A stretch of 19,047 nucleotides of DNA from Nitrososphaerota archaeon (GTDB lineage Archaea > Thermoproteota > Nitrososphaeria > Nitrososphaerales > UBA57). Made by a program: the position numbers and the translations under genes. The notes under the pieces were generated by a model, which was given only the letters and a program-made list of their open reading frames with translations, was not told the DNA's origin and made no database searches. Positions 7,438-16,234 of the stretch are shown in pieces (position 1 is the first letter of the stretch; each line of letters starts with the position of its first letter). The DNA lies in the NCBI GenBank assembly GCA_013378385.1, contig JACAFS010000017.1:1-19047 (forward strand), read 5' to 3'.

Positions 7438-7752
7438 TTATTTAAACTTATTTAACATCAATGGGTCGGGTTCAATTGCTTTTTTTCTAAGTCGTTTTTC
7501 ATACAATTTCGGTCCATAGTATATATTCAGATATGCAAGAATCTGCATAGTAGCGTGAAAAACAAGCATAGTAGTAAAGGAATAAGATAGTATGACTAGC
7601 ATTACTATTCCGGTAACAAATGCAATAACATGAATTATTACGGCAAGAATCATAGAGAATTTTCTGTATTTAGAGACTTTGTCAGAGATTTGTTGTCTTC
7701 TTAATTCTTCCAATTCAGCAAGATATGATAATTGATTCAATAATATTAACAA
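7438..7752 (-). CDS. Hypothetical membrane protein (104 aa from a TTG start; 72 aa if the internal ATG is used)
   Basis: Charged N-terminal helix followed by two TM segments. It is on the same strand as, and upstream of, the oxidase operon. Confidence 0.4.
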   Translation of the reverse strand: MLILLNQLSYLAELEELRRQQISDKVSKYRKFSMILAVIIHVIAFVTGIVMLVILSYSFTTMLVFHATMQILAYLNIYYGPKLYEKRLRKKAIEPDPLMLNKFK

Positions 7753-7828
7753 AGTATAGAATTTAATTAAATGTTATTAGGAAAAAAAAGTTAAATGTGG
7801 TTATCGATATAAAATTTTTGACTTAAGG

Positions 7829-8695
7829 ATGGGTAATAATGAAGAAAAGCCAGAATTTGAACATCATGTAGATACGAGTGAAATTCATTCTTATATGCCT
7901 GCTTTGATAGGTTTAGGAGCTGGAGCGTTTGTTGCAGCTGGAGTAATCTTCATGCTAAAAGGATTCTCCTTACAATTAGGAGCAGGATTAGTTGGGTTAT
8001 TTGTTTTATTGATATTCATATTCCTTGGAGGAGAAATACCAAGGTGGCCAAAGATTACAAAGGATTCCGAACACATGGTAAAGGCAGGAGGCACTCCTGG
8101 TGAGTTTCATGAAATAGGAGATGTTGGTTTTCCAACTGCTTTGTTTCTTTTGTCGGAAATAGCATTCTTCGGAGGAGCGTTTATAGCTTATTTCTATCTA
8201 AGGTCAGCTTATGCAGTATGGCCTCCAGAAGGACTACATCATCTTGATGTTGCAATTCCAAGTATTCAAACTGCATTATTAATTGTCAGCAGCGTTATGA
8301 TTGAATGGGCTACTGCAGGTGTAAAGAAAGGAAATCAAACAGCAGTAAAATATGGTTTTCTCGGAGCAGTAATTCTTGGTTTAGGATTTGCAGTTATACA
8401 GATGGGTTATGAATGGCCAGAACTACTTAGAACAGGTGAACTAACACCACAAGATGGATTATTTGGAGCTTCGTTCTTTGTACTTACAGGCATTCATGGA
8501 GTGCACGTAATAGCAGGAGTTATTGCAAACGCAGTTGTAACAGTAAAGGCATTTAAAAATCAATTTGATGAGAAGAATCACGGATTTTTAGAAGCTGCGG
8601 GAACCTATTGGCACTTTGTACATATTGTTTGGTTATTCTTGTTTGCATTTTTGTGGCAAGATGGTTTATCATATTTCCAGGCGGCGGTAGCATAA
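7829..8695 (+). CDS. ctaE: Heme-copper oxidase subunit III (7-TM form)
   Basis: 288 aa. Family motifs are FFVLTGIHGVHVIAG and YWHFVHIVW. It is divergent from the subunit II/I operon. Confidence 0.9.
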   Translation: MGNNEEKPEFEHHVDTSEIHSYMPALIGLGAGAFVAAGVIFMLKGFSLQLGAGLVGLFVLLIFIFLGGEIPRWPKITKDSEHMVKAGGTPGEFHEIGDVGFPTALFLLSEIAFFGGAFIAYFYLRSAYAVWPPEGLHHLDVAIPSIQTALLIVSSVMIEWATAGVKKGNQTAVKYGFLGAVILGLGFAVIQMGYEWPELLRTGELTPQDGLFGASFFVLTGIHGVHVIAGVIANAVVTVKAFKNQFDEKNHGFLEAAGTYWHFVHIVWLFLFAFLWQDGLSYFQAAVA

Positions 8696-8696
8696 A

Positions 8697-9263
8697 TTGT
8701 CAAAACAAAATAATCCATTAAAGGGAATATTCAACACAAGTCGTTTTGGTTTATTTGTAATTACAGCTGGAATTACTGCAGCAGGAAGTCTAGGATTACC
8801 TGAAACATCAATTTTTACTTTATTGCCGAGTAATTTATTAGCTGCAATAGATTCTTCAGGGGAAGTACTTGCGTCAGAAAAGTTACATGTATTATTAACA
8901 ATAATTCCTGGATTCATGTTAGCGCCATTCATTGCATTCTTTGGTATGTCTGCAATATTTGGGATAACACTAGGTCATTTAGTAATTGCCACAACTTCAA
9001 AAGTAGGTGCTATTGATCTTTTATCTCCATTATTCACGTTTCTAGGATTGTTCTTTATTAGGCAATATAAGAATCCAGGAAACATAATAGGACCACTGAT
9101 ATTTGTATTATTAACATCACTGTGGTTGTCATATGTAGGAATTTCAGTGACAGGGTTAGATATATTACCGGTAATGCTACTGACGCTAATTACGCAGTTT
9201 GGAATAGTAGCTGTAGGATATGTATTTTATCTATTGGCAAAACAACTAAAGATTTTCAAATAA
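8697..9263 (+). CDS. Hypothetical polytopic membrane protein (188 aa)
   Basis: TTG start 1 nt after the subunit III stop, so probably co-transcribed. It has about 5-6 TM segments and I can assign no family. Confidence 0.55.
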   Translation: MSKQNNPLKGIFNTSRFGLFVITAGITAAGSLGLPETSIFTLLPSNLLAAIDSSGEVLASEKLHVLLTIIPGFMLAPFIAFFGMSAIFGITLGHLVIATTSKVGAIDLLSPLFTFLGLFFIRQYKNPGNIIGPLIFVLLTSLWLSYVGISVTGLDILPVMLLTLITQFGIVAVGYVFYLLAKQLKIFK

Positions 9264-9264
9264 G

Positions 9265-9456
9265 TTAATTTTTACTACGGCGTTTTTTCATTATGCCAAA
9301 AACAAGATAGAGACCCAGGAATATCATACCAAATCTAAGACCTTGAACAAGTAAACTAGTTTTATCTAATGCGGGAAACGGGAAGATAAGGCCTGTAAGT
9401 AGGAAAGATAATGCAAAAGTAAAGTTAAATGGTTCTAACCAGTTACGAGCCAACAT
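9265..9456 (-). CDS. Hypothetical small 2-TM protein (63 aa) with a basic C-terminus
   Basis: ATG start, two hydrophobic segments and a KKRRSKN tail. Confidence 0.4.
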   Translation of the reverse strand: MLARNWLEPFNFTFALSFLLTGLIFPFPALDKTSLLVQGLRFGMIFLGLYLVFGIMKKRRSKN

Positions 9457-9520
9457 TGCTTTTATCAGATTGATATTAATTAGGCTTTACTTTTTAAATC
9501 ATTAAAGTAGAATATCAATA

Positions 9521-10369
9521 TTGAAATATAATTACGGGTGGGCAGTTCTTGGACTCGTGATAATAATAGGTAGTTCTATCACATATGCAGAGATAATTAA
9601 CAATTATTTTCAGAATCTCGCCAATTTAGTACAATATGTGGCTTCATTATACATAATCAGCATATTAATCGGAATGCTAATGATTGTAATACAAATTGAG
9701 AAAATATTAATTACACAAAAAAATTTGAAGCTATCTAATAATTCAACCTCAATAGACTTAAGATCCCTCACATATGATTTATTTGCAAAAATGAAATACA
9801 GAAAAATATTTATTATTTCTTCAGGATTATATGTAATATTTTTTTCAATAATTTCAGGAACAATCGTTTATCAGCCAGAGATAGTTTTTTCCGACGCTTT
9901 TAAGGTATCAATACCTTCAATCAAAATAGTCTATTGTTGTGGATCGCCAGGTCAATATCCTAATGTTGCAATCTACATAACAGAACACATAGGGGCAATT
10001 TTAATTCCGGTGAGCTTATTATTATTAATCCTAATTTCAGCACTAGTATCCTGGAATGTAATGCTTATGGCATTTGCGTTTAGTAATAGGCCAAAGAATA
10101 ATGAAAAATGGTTATTGAGCATAGGTGCTTTGACAGGTCTATTTACGGCATGTCCAACATGTGCGGGTTTATTATTGACAAGTATATTACCCGGTTCAAT
10201 CGGGGTTTCATTAATTACTGGAACTCCCATATTATTATCATTATCAAGTGTATTTTATCAACAGGTTTTTCTACTAATCACATTAATAATTTTAACAATC
10301 TCGCCATTGATTTTAGTCACAAATATAAGAGAATTATTTGAAAAAGGATGTATTATCGAAAAGACTTGA
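9521..10369 (+). CDS. Polytopic membrane protein with CC and intramembrane CPTC motifs (possible thiol or metal handling)
   Basis: 282 aa with about 7 TM segments and a TTG start. A loop carries VYCCGSPGQYP and a TM segment carries FTACPTCAGLLL. Confidence 0.6.
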   Translation: MKYNYGWAVLGLVIIIGSSITYAEIINNYFQNLANLVQYVASLYIISILIGMLMIVIQIEKILITQKNLKLSNNSTSIDLRSLTYDLFAKMKYRKIFIISSGLYVIFFSIISGTIVYQPEIVFSDAFKVSIPSIKIVYCCGSPGQYPNVAIYITEHIGAILIPVSLLLLILISALVSWNVMLMAFAFSNRPKNNEKWLLSIGALTGLFTACPTCAGLLLTSILPGSIGVSLITGTPILLSLSSVFYQQVFLLITLIILTISPLILVTNIRELFEKGCIIEKT

Positions 10370-10430
10370 ATAATTAATGAATTTTAACGAGAAAGCAAGG
10401 TTTTTATTTTTATAAATACATGATTTTTTC

Positions 10431-10712
10431 ATGGATTGGGAAGTATTGTTTCCAGCATTGGCATTTACAATTTCTGGTGCATTTGGGATTTGGTCGTCGT
10501 ATGATACAAATTTTTTGTTTCCGGCTGATACGTTCATTCAAGGCTTGCATGCAACATCGATGTTTGTATTAGCGTTAGGTCTAATGTTACTTCCTGGAGG
10601 ATTATTCAAAGGCGGTACGCCAAGACCAAGAGGCGTAGGATTAGCAGTAGTAGTTACATTAGCCACTATGACAACGGCATTGGGCATATTATTTATCGTA
10701 TTAAACTTATAG
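10431..10712 (+). CDS. Hypothetical small membrane protein (93 aa, about 3 TM)
   Basis: ATG start. The gene is locally more GC-rich. It ends 8 nt before the next gene. Confidence 0.5.
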   Translation: MDWEVLFPALAFTISGAFGIWSSYDTNFLFPADTFIQGLHATSMFVLALGLMLLPGGLFKGGTPRPRGVGLAVVVTLATMTTALGILFIVLNL

Positions 10713-10720
10713 ATTCAATT

Positions 10721-11239
10721 ATGCGAAATAAAATCGAATATATTTTCCCGAAATATTGGATTAATTCATTTATTTTCGTTCTTATATTCACAGTACTAAT
10801 TGGGGCAATTGGATCTGCATTTCCGTTGAATGTAGAACAAGTATCAGAAATATTAAAAGAAGCTGAAGAATTAATTCCAGACGACATTAATGTAGAGAAA
10901 ATTTTCTTGAATAATTATCGAATTTCATTAATAATGTTGACGCCAGTATTGGGATTCGTATTCGGGTTGTTAGTAATTTTTCAGACAGGAATGGTATTTG
11001 GAGCAGCAGGTGCGAGTGTAGGTTTTTCTGGAATATTACTATATGGATTAACGGCATTAACGCCATTTTTCTGGTTAGAATTCATAGCATATGCAGCAAG
11101 TATGACTGAGAGCATATACATAATACGTGGATTAATTGAAAGGAAATTCAAGATAGAATTGACAAGAGTCTTAGCAATAATAATAATTAATTTCGTTTTA
11201 CTCGGACTAGGAGCTTTAATTGAAATGTTATTTATTTAG
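10721..11239 (+). CDS. SpoIIM/DUF95-family integral membrane protein
   Basis: 172 aa. Family-like blocks are IFLNNYRISLIMLTPVLGFVFGLL and PFFWLEFIAYAAS, the latter corresponding to the PHGxxExxA region. Confidence 0.65.
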   Translation: MRNKIEYIFPKYWINSFIFVLIFTVLIGAIGSAFPLNVEQVSEILKEAEELIPDDINVEKIFLNNYRISLIMLTPVLGFVFGLLVIFQTGMVFGAAGASVGFSGILLYGLTALTPFFWLEFIAYAASMTESIYIIRGLIERKFKIELTRVLAIIIINFVLLGLGALIEMLFI

Positions 11240-11703
11240 ACATCGTATAATAAATTAATAATCAAAGTACCATTTTTGAAATCGTGTTTCTTAAGTAGAA
11301 GATTTTTTGGTATTTTAATTTTTTCAGATAGATCATTATTGCTAGTGATAGTAATTTTTCCAGGGATGAATGCGACTTTCATTTCAGAATGTTGTCCAGG
11401 AATTTGTGCAATTATATTCAGTCCGTTGTTAGTTTCTATAGATTCGTAAGTGAATTTGTTTGATGAACGAATTATTCCCAATCCAGGTTGTTTTTTTAGA
11501 ATTAATCTTATCTCATTAGACCAATAAAGAAAGATCAATGTAGTTAAGAGACTTAGTACAATTGCTGACGAACCACGTACTACTCGCGTAGTTACTAGGA
11601 TTATCAGGCTAACTGCAATTATTGCAAGAAATGCATAGAAATATTTCGAATTAGCTTTGAAAGGAGATCTAATCATTATTAGACTTAGAAACTGGTAAAT
11701 CAA
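11236..11703 (-). CDS. Membrane-anchored protein with a short Hsp20/alpha-crystallin-like C-terminal domain (tentative)
   Basis: 155 aa with two N-terminal TM segments. The C-terminus, ...NIIAQIPGQHSEMKVAFIPGKITITS...IKIPKNLLLKKHDFKNGTLIINL, resembles the xxLPG...I.V....L.I / LP....I.A...NGVL.I pattern. The track start is TTG; an ATG lies 9 codons in. Confidence 0.45.
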   Translation of the reverse strand: MIYQFLSLIMIRSPFKANSKYFYAFLAIIAVSLIILVTTRVVRGSSAIVLSLLTTLIFLYWSNEIRLILKKQPGLGIIRSSNKFTYESIETNNGLNIIAQIPGQHSEMKVAFIPGKITITSNNDLSEKIKIPKNLLLKKHDFKNGTLIINLLYDV

Positions 11704-11750
11704 AAATGTTACTAATTTATGGCAAAAGTTAACATCAGGTCCAATATAAT

Positions 11751-13067
11751 ATGAATGTGGCTGTTTTAACGATATCCGGGTTAAGAGGCATAATGGGAGA
11801 AGATTTGTTCGGTAATGATATATTAGACACGATTTATAATTTTGTCAGTTCAAAGGAGATAAAAACTTGTGCAATTGGGAGGGATACGAGGTCAACGTCA
11901 GAAATGCTTCATCAGGTAGTTCTTTCATGTCTATTAGCAGAAGGGTGCAACGTAGAGGATTTAGGAGTAACGTCAACGCCATCAGTATTTCGTCATGTTA
12001 AAAAGAATAATTTAGACGGAGGAGTATGTATAACGTCTTCACACAATCCAAAAGAATGGAACGGTTTAAAATTAATCATTAGGCCAGGAAGAATAATTAA
12101 ACCAGATGAATTGAACAACAAAAACACAAAGAATTATTCATTCACTGGGACAAAGAAAGAACTAGAAACATGTTATTACAATGATTTAATTGAATTCTTT
12201 AAAGATGAGAGATTCCATGGGTTAAAAATAGGTATGGATTTAGGAGGAGGGGCAGCGTGCATATTTGTGAAAGATATTTTTATAAAACTAGGATGTCGGG
12301 TTTATACAATAAATGACTCTCCAGGAACGTTTAATCGAATAATTAATCCAACTGAGGATCCATTGGAATCGCTTTCAAAACTAATAGTAGAAAATGAGTG
12401 TAATGTAGGATTTGCATTTGATGCGGATGTTGACAGATTAGTAATACTAAATGAGAGAGGTGAGAAGATAGCTCCTGATTTTTCTCTATTAGCAGGCATA
12501 AAATATATTGAACAGAGGTTCAAATTGGAAAAAGCGGCAATTAGCATAGACAGTTCCTTATCCATAATCAATTATCTAAAAAAAATCAATTGTGAAATAC
12601 TTACAACGCCAGTAGGAGAAATTAGCGTATTGGAAAAGATTCAAAGTGGGAAATGTCAAGTAGGAGGAGAAGGCAGCAGTGGAGGATTTATTTATCCGGA
12701 ATTTAATTTATGTAGAGATGGGATTCTATTAGCTTTAATGGTTTCGAGGTTAGTGGAAAATTATGGAGATGTAGATAGTATATTCTCGGACATTGAGAAA
12801 TTTAAACAAAAAAGGATAAAGATAAAGACGAATCCAGAAAATTTCAATGTAATAAAAGAACATTTTTTAAAATTAGATAATGTAACATTCATTGATGGAA
12901 TAAAGATCACACCTAATGATGATAAATGGGTATTAATTAGGCCATCAAATACAGAGAAATGCATAAGATTGTCAGTTGAGGCAAATAATGAGAAAGATGC
13001 ACAGGATTTAATTGATGAATATAAGAATCAGATAGAGAATTTACTCAGTGACTCTACAAGTCATTAA
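11751..13067 (+). CDS. Phosphohexomutase superfamily enzyme (PGM/PMM-like, divergent motifs)
   Basis: 438 aa. Motifs are active-site TSSHNP, metal loop FDADVDR and sugar loop GGEGSSG. Confidence 0.85.
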   Translation: MNVAVLTISGLRGIMGEDLFGNDILDTIYNFVSSKEIKTCAIGRDTRSTSEMLHQVVLSCLLAEGCNVEDLGVTSTPSVFRHVKKNNLDGGVCITSSHNPKEWNGLKLIIRPGRIIKPDELNNKNTKNYSFTGTKKELETCYYNDLIEFFKDERFHGLKIGMDLGGGAACIFVKDIFIKLGCRVYTINDSPGTFNRIINPTEDPLESLSKLIVENECNVGFAFDADVDRLVILNERGEKIAPDFSLLAGIKYIEQRFKLEKAAISIDSSLSIINYLKKINCEILTTPVGEISVLEKIQSGKCQVGGEGSSGGFIYPEFNLCRDGILLALMVSRLVENYGDVDSIFSDIEKFKQKRIKIKTNPENFNVIKEHFLKLDNVTFIDGIKITPNDDKWVLIRPSNTEKCIRLSVEANNEKDAQDLIDEYKNQIENLLSDSTSH

Positions 13068-14415
13068 TTAAATCATTAATCAATTTTGAACAGTTCTCAG
13101 TTATTGTATCCAAATGAGTTTGACTATCAGATTCACTAAATAACCTTATAATAGGTTCAGTTCCACTTGGACGAATTAAAGACCAACTGTTATCATTCCA
13201 AAGAATTTTAAGGCCGTCAGTTTGATCAATTGTTTCAGATAATGAAGATGCAATATTAGAAATAATGGAGTCACGAGAATCAATTGGACAGGAGAATTTA
13301 GTCTTGTGCTGATAAAATTGTGGCAAAATAGAAAGATGTTGAGAGAGTTTTTTATCTGAAAAAGACAACAATTCAAGCATAAGTGCAGTACCCATTGCGC
13401 CGTCTCTTACGGCAACATGAGGAGAATAAAGGCATCCGCCATTTTCTTCAAAACCGAATTTAGAATCTAATTCTATCATTTTATGTGAAACGTCTACACT
13501 ACCTACTTTAGTACGATACACTTCAACGTCGTATTTTGATGCAATTTTTTCAATTATTTGTGAAGTAGCAATAGTGGTAACAATAGGAGATTTAATGCCT
13601 TTTTGAATAAGATGTTCGCCTACAAGAGTTCCTGATTTATCACCCCAAAAAACAGTACCAGTTTCATCGCAGAATATACTTCTATCACCATCTCCGTCAT
13701 ATCCAACGCCAATATCTGCGTTGTTTTCAACAACAGATTTAGATAGAAAATCTAATGTTTTAGGAGTAGGTTCGCCTCCACGTCCAGAGAAATTTCCATC
13801 AATATGATTATTTAGAGTGATTACTTCGCATCCAAGGTCCTCAGCAATAAATGGGGCACTTAAGGCCTGAGTGCCATTTCCAGAATCGATAACAATTTTT
13901 AGTTTACGCTTTTTGATAGATGAAGAATCGACATTTTTTATTACAGAATTAATATAATCAGTGACTACAGAACTATTAGATGTCATATTTCCTACTCCTT
14001 GCCAGTCTTTTCTTGAATATTTTTTCTGGAAATAAATATCCTCGATTATGTCTTCGTCGGATCTTGAAACTTCAATTCCAGTAGAAGAAATTACTTTGAT
14101 TCCGTTATATTCAGCAGGATTATGAGATGCAGTAATCATTACGCCGCCGTCAAAAGAATTCTTTGTAATTAATTGAATGCCAGGAGTTGGGACCATATTG
14201 GCAAAAACAACGTTCTTTCCAGATTCCATCAATCCTGCAGAGATAGCACGAGAAATAGAAGGGCTAGAATGACGGCCGTCATATCCAACTATTATATTAT
14301 TGCCTTCAAAAAAGGAACCAATACTCAGACCCATATTTACAATAAAATCAAGACCGTACTCCTTACCAGGAATGAATCTAATGCCATTTGTTCCAAAAAG
14401 TTTCTTATTAGTCAA
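13054..14415 (-). CDS. Phosphohexomutase (archaeal phosphoglucosamine/phosphomanno-mutase type)
   Basis: 453 aa. Motifs are FGTNGIR, TASHNP, YDGDGDR and GFEENGG. The start is TTG; the only upstream ATG is followed immediately by TAA. Confidence 0.88.
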   Translation of the reverse strand: MTNKKLFGTNGIRFIPGKEYGLDFIVNMGLSIGSFFEGNNIIVGYDGRHSSPSISRAISAGLMESGKNVVFANMVPTPGIQLITKNSFDGGVMITASHNPAEYNGIKVISSTGIEVSRSDEDIIEDIYFQKKYSRKDWQGVGNMTSNSSVVTDYINSVIKNVDSSSIKKRKLKIVIDSGNGTQALSAPFIAEDLGCEVITLNNHIDGNFSGRGGEPTPKTLDFLSKSVVENNADIGVGYDGDGDRSIFCDETGTVFWGDKSGTLVGEHLIQKGIKSPIVTTIATSQIIEKIASKYDVEVYRTKVGSVDVSHKMIELDSKFGFEENGGCLYSPHVAVRDGAMGTALMLELLSFSDKKLSQHLSILPQFYQHKTKFSCPIDSRDSIISNIASSLSETIDQTDGLKILWNDNSWSLIRPSGTEPIIRLFSESDSQTHLDTITENCSKLINDLINDL

Positions 14416-14496
14416 TTATATCATTAAAAATAGTAAATAAGAAATAAAACGATATCGCAAAGGTAAAATGTAAAAAGAACTTATGAAAATCTTGAT

Positions 14497-15252
14497 ATGA
14501 ACATTGCAGTGTGTATAAAACAAGTACCAGATACAGCATCACAACTAAAAATTGCAGAAGATAATAAAACAATCGAGGATAATGGAATAAAATATGAAAT
14601 CAATCCATTTGATGAATATGCGCTAGAAGAAGCTCTGAGATTGAAGGATAAAGACAATACTATAAATATTACAGTAATTTCGCTTGGGCCAGAACGTGTG
14701 AAACAATCTTTAACGAAGACATTAGCAATGGGGGCCGATGAAGCAATACATCTTCAAACAGATAATTCAATTAATGATTGTATGGTCATAGCTAACACAA
14801 TCACAAATGAGATAAAGAAGAAACAATATGATCTGATATTATTCGGGAAGAAATCAGTTGATCAAGATAATAATCAAGTAGGGATGATAATTGGGGAGAT
14901 TAATGGCATACCGTGTATTTCAAATTGTTCAGAATTTGCCATAGAAGACAATAAGATTGTAGCAAATAGAGAAGTAGAAGGTTCGGTAGAGGTATTTGAA
15001 GGAGAATTTCCAGTAATTATAACACATGAAAAAGGTAAAAACGAATTACGATATCCTTCATTAAAAGATTTGATGGCAGCCAAGAAGAAATCAATCAATA
15101 CAATAGATGTTGATGTTAATGACAATAAAAATCCAGAGTTAATTAGATTAGAATATCCAAAGAAGAGAGAAGAAGGAATAATCATTGGGGAAGATAAATC
15201 AGCAGTTTCGGAGTTAATAAGAATACTTAGAGAAGAGAGAAAATTAATCTAG
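14497..15252 (+). CDS. etfB: Electron transfer flavoprotein beta subunit
   Basis: 251 aa. The N-terminus MNIAVCIKQVPDT is typical of EtfB/FixA, and the gene is followed directly by the alpha subunit. Confidence 0.92.
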   Translation: MNIAVCIKQVPDTASQLKIAEDNKTIEDNGIKYEINPFDEYALEEALRLKDKDNTINITVISLGPERVKQSLTKTLAMGADEAIHLQTDNSINDCMVIANTITNEIKKKQYDLILFGKKSVDQDNNQVGMIIGEINGIPCISNCSEFAIEDNKIVANREVEGSVEVFEGEFPVIITHEKGKNELRYPSLKDLMAAKKKSINTIDVDVNDNKNPELIRLEYPKKREEGIIIGEDKSAVSELIRILREERKLI

Positions 15253-15261
15253 GTGATATTT

Positions 15262-16233
15262 ATGTCATGTATACTAACTGTAATTGAATCTAAGAATAAA
15301 GAAATTAAGAATTCGGCATTAGAATTACTTTCAGAGGCTAGAAAGATATCATCAAAAAGGAATCTAGACAATAAGGTAATTATCATAGGAGAATATGAGA
15401 AAAATAATTCTACGCAGATTAATGAATTTGGGATAAATGCATTGTTAACTGGATCTACAGACAAAATAAGTAAATATTCGCCTGAATTATACAGAGATTC
15501 ATTACTGCATACAATAAATGAATTGAAGCCAGAAATAATATTATTTTCGGGTAGTGCAATTGGAAAAGATTTAGCGCCAAGAATAGCAGCCAATATAGGT
15601 TATAATTTAGTAACTGAATGTATAGATATTTCAATAATAGAAGAGGGATATGAGATAAAACGTCCAATTTTTGCTGGAAAGATTATTCAGACATTAAGAT
15701 TCAATAAAACCCCGATAGTAGTTTCATTAAAGTCAAATTCATTTACAATTGAGAAAATTGAAGAAAATGAGATTTCGATAAAACAAATTGACGTCAATGT
15801 ATCAGAAGATAAGAAATTGCCAATATTAAGAGAAATAATACAGCCGCAAAAAGAGGTATTGGATGTATCAGAAGCTTCAACAATAGTATCTGGAGGAAGA
15901 GGAATGAAGGAACCAGAGAATTTTAAATTAATTGAAGAATTAGCAGAGATTCTCAATGCAGCAGTTGGCGCATCAAGAGCAGTAGTTGATGCAGGTTGGA
16001 GACCGCATTCAGAACAAGTGGGGCAAACAGGCAAAATTGTTTCGCCAAATTTATACATTGCATTCGGAATATCAGGAGCTATACAACATCAAGTTGGGAT
16101 GATAAATTCAAAATGTATAGTAGCCGTGAATAAAGATAAAAATGCACCAATTTTCAAATTTGCAGACTATGGAATAGTAGGTGATTTGTTCGAGATAATT
16201 CCAGAATTAATTGCTGAATTAAAAAATAAATAA
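15262..16233 (+). CDS. etfA: Electron transfer flavoprotein alpha subunit
   Basis: C-terminal FAD block PNLYIAFGISGAIQHQVGM. I place the start at the ATG at 15262, preceded by GGTGAT, rather than the track's GTG at 15253. Confidence 0.9.
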   Translation: MSCILTVIESKNKEIKNSALELLSEARKISSKRNLDNKVIIIGEYEKNNSTQINEFGINALLTGSTDKISKYSPELYRDSLLHTINELKPEIILFSGSAIGKDLAPRIAANIGYNLVTECIDISIIEEGYEIKRPIFAGKIIQTLRFNKTPIVVSLKSNSFTIEKIEENEISIKQIDVNVSEDKKLPILREIIQPQKEVLDVSEASTIVSGGRGMKEPENFKLIEELAEILNAAVGASRAVVDAGWRPHSEQVGQTGKIVSPNLYIAFGISGAIQHQVGMINSKCIVAVNKDKNAPIFKFADYGIVGDLFEIIPELIAELKNK

Positions 16234-16234
16234 A

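Noticed and set aside
7829-8130. Apparent N-terminal extension of about 100 aa on oxidase subunit III
   Set aside because: The two extra helices correspond to TM1-2 of the ordinary 7-TM form of subunit III, so this is not an unusual fusion.
7891-10887. Track ORFs 7891-8094(-), 8669-8932(-), 9973-10230(-), 10108-10341(+), 10334-10537(-) and 10693-10887(-)
   Set aside because: Each overlaps a longer, hydrophobic-periodic membrane-protein frame on the other strand or in another frame, and none has an independent signal.
12302-16058. Track ORFs antisense or out of frame within the mutase and ETF genes: 12302-12571, 12761-12964, 13176-13376, 14173-14427, 14874-15185, 15249-15593, 15455-15667 and 15687-16058
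   Set aside because: All are shadow frames of well-supported enzyme genes.
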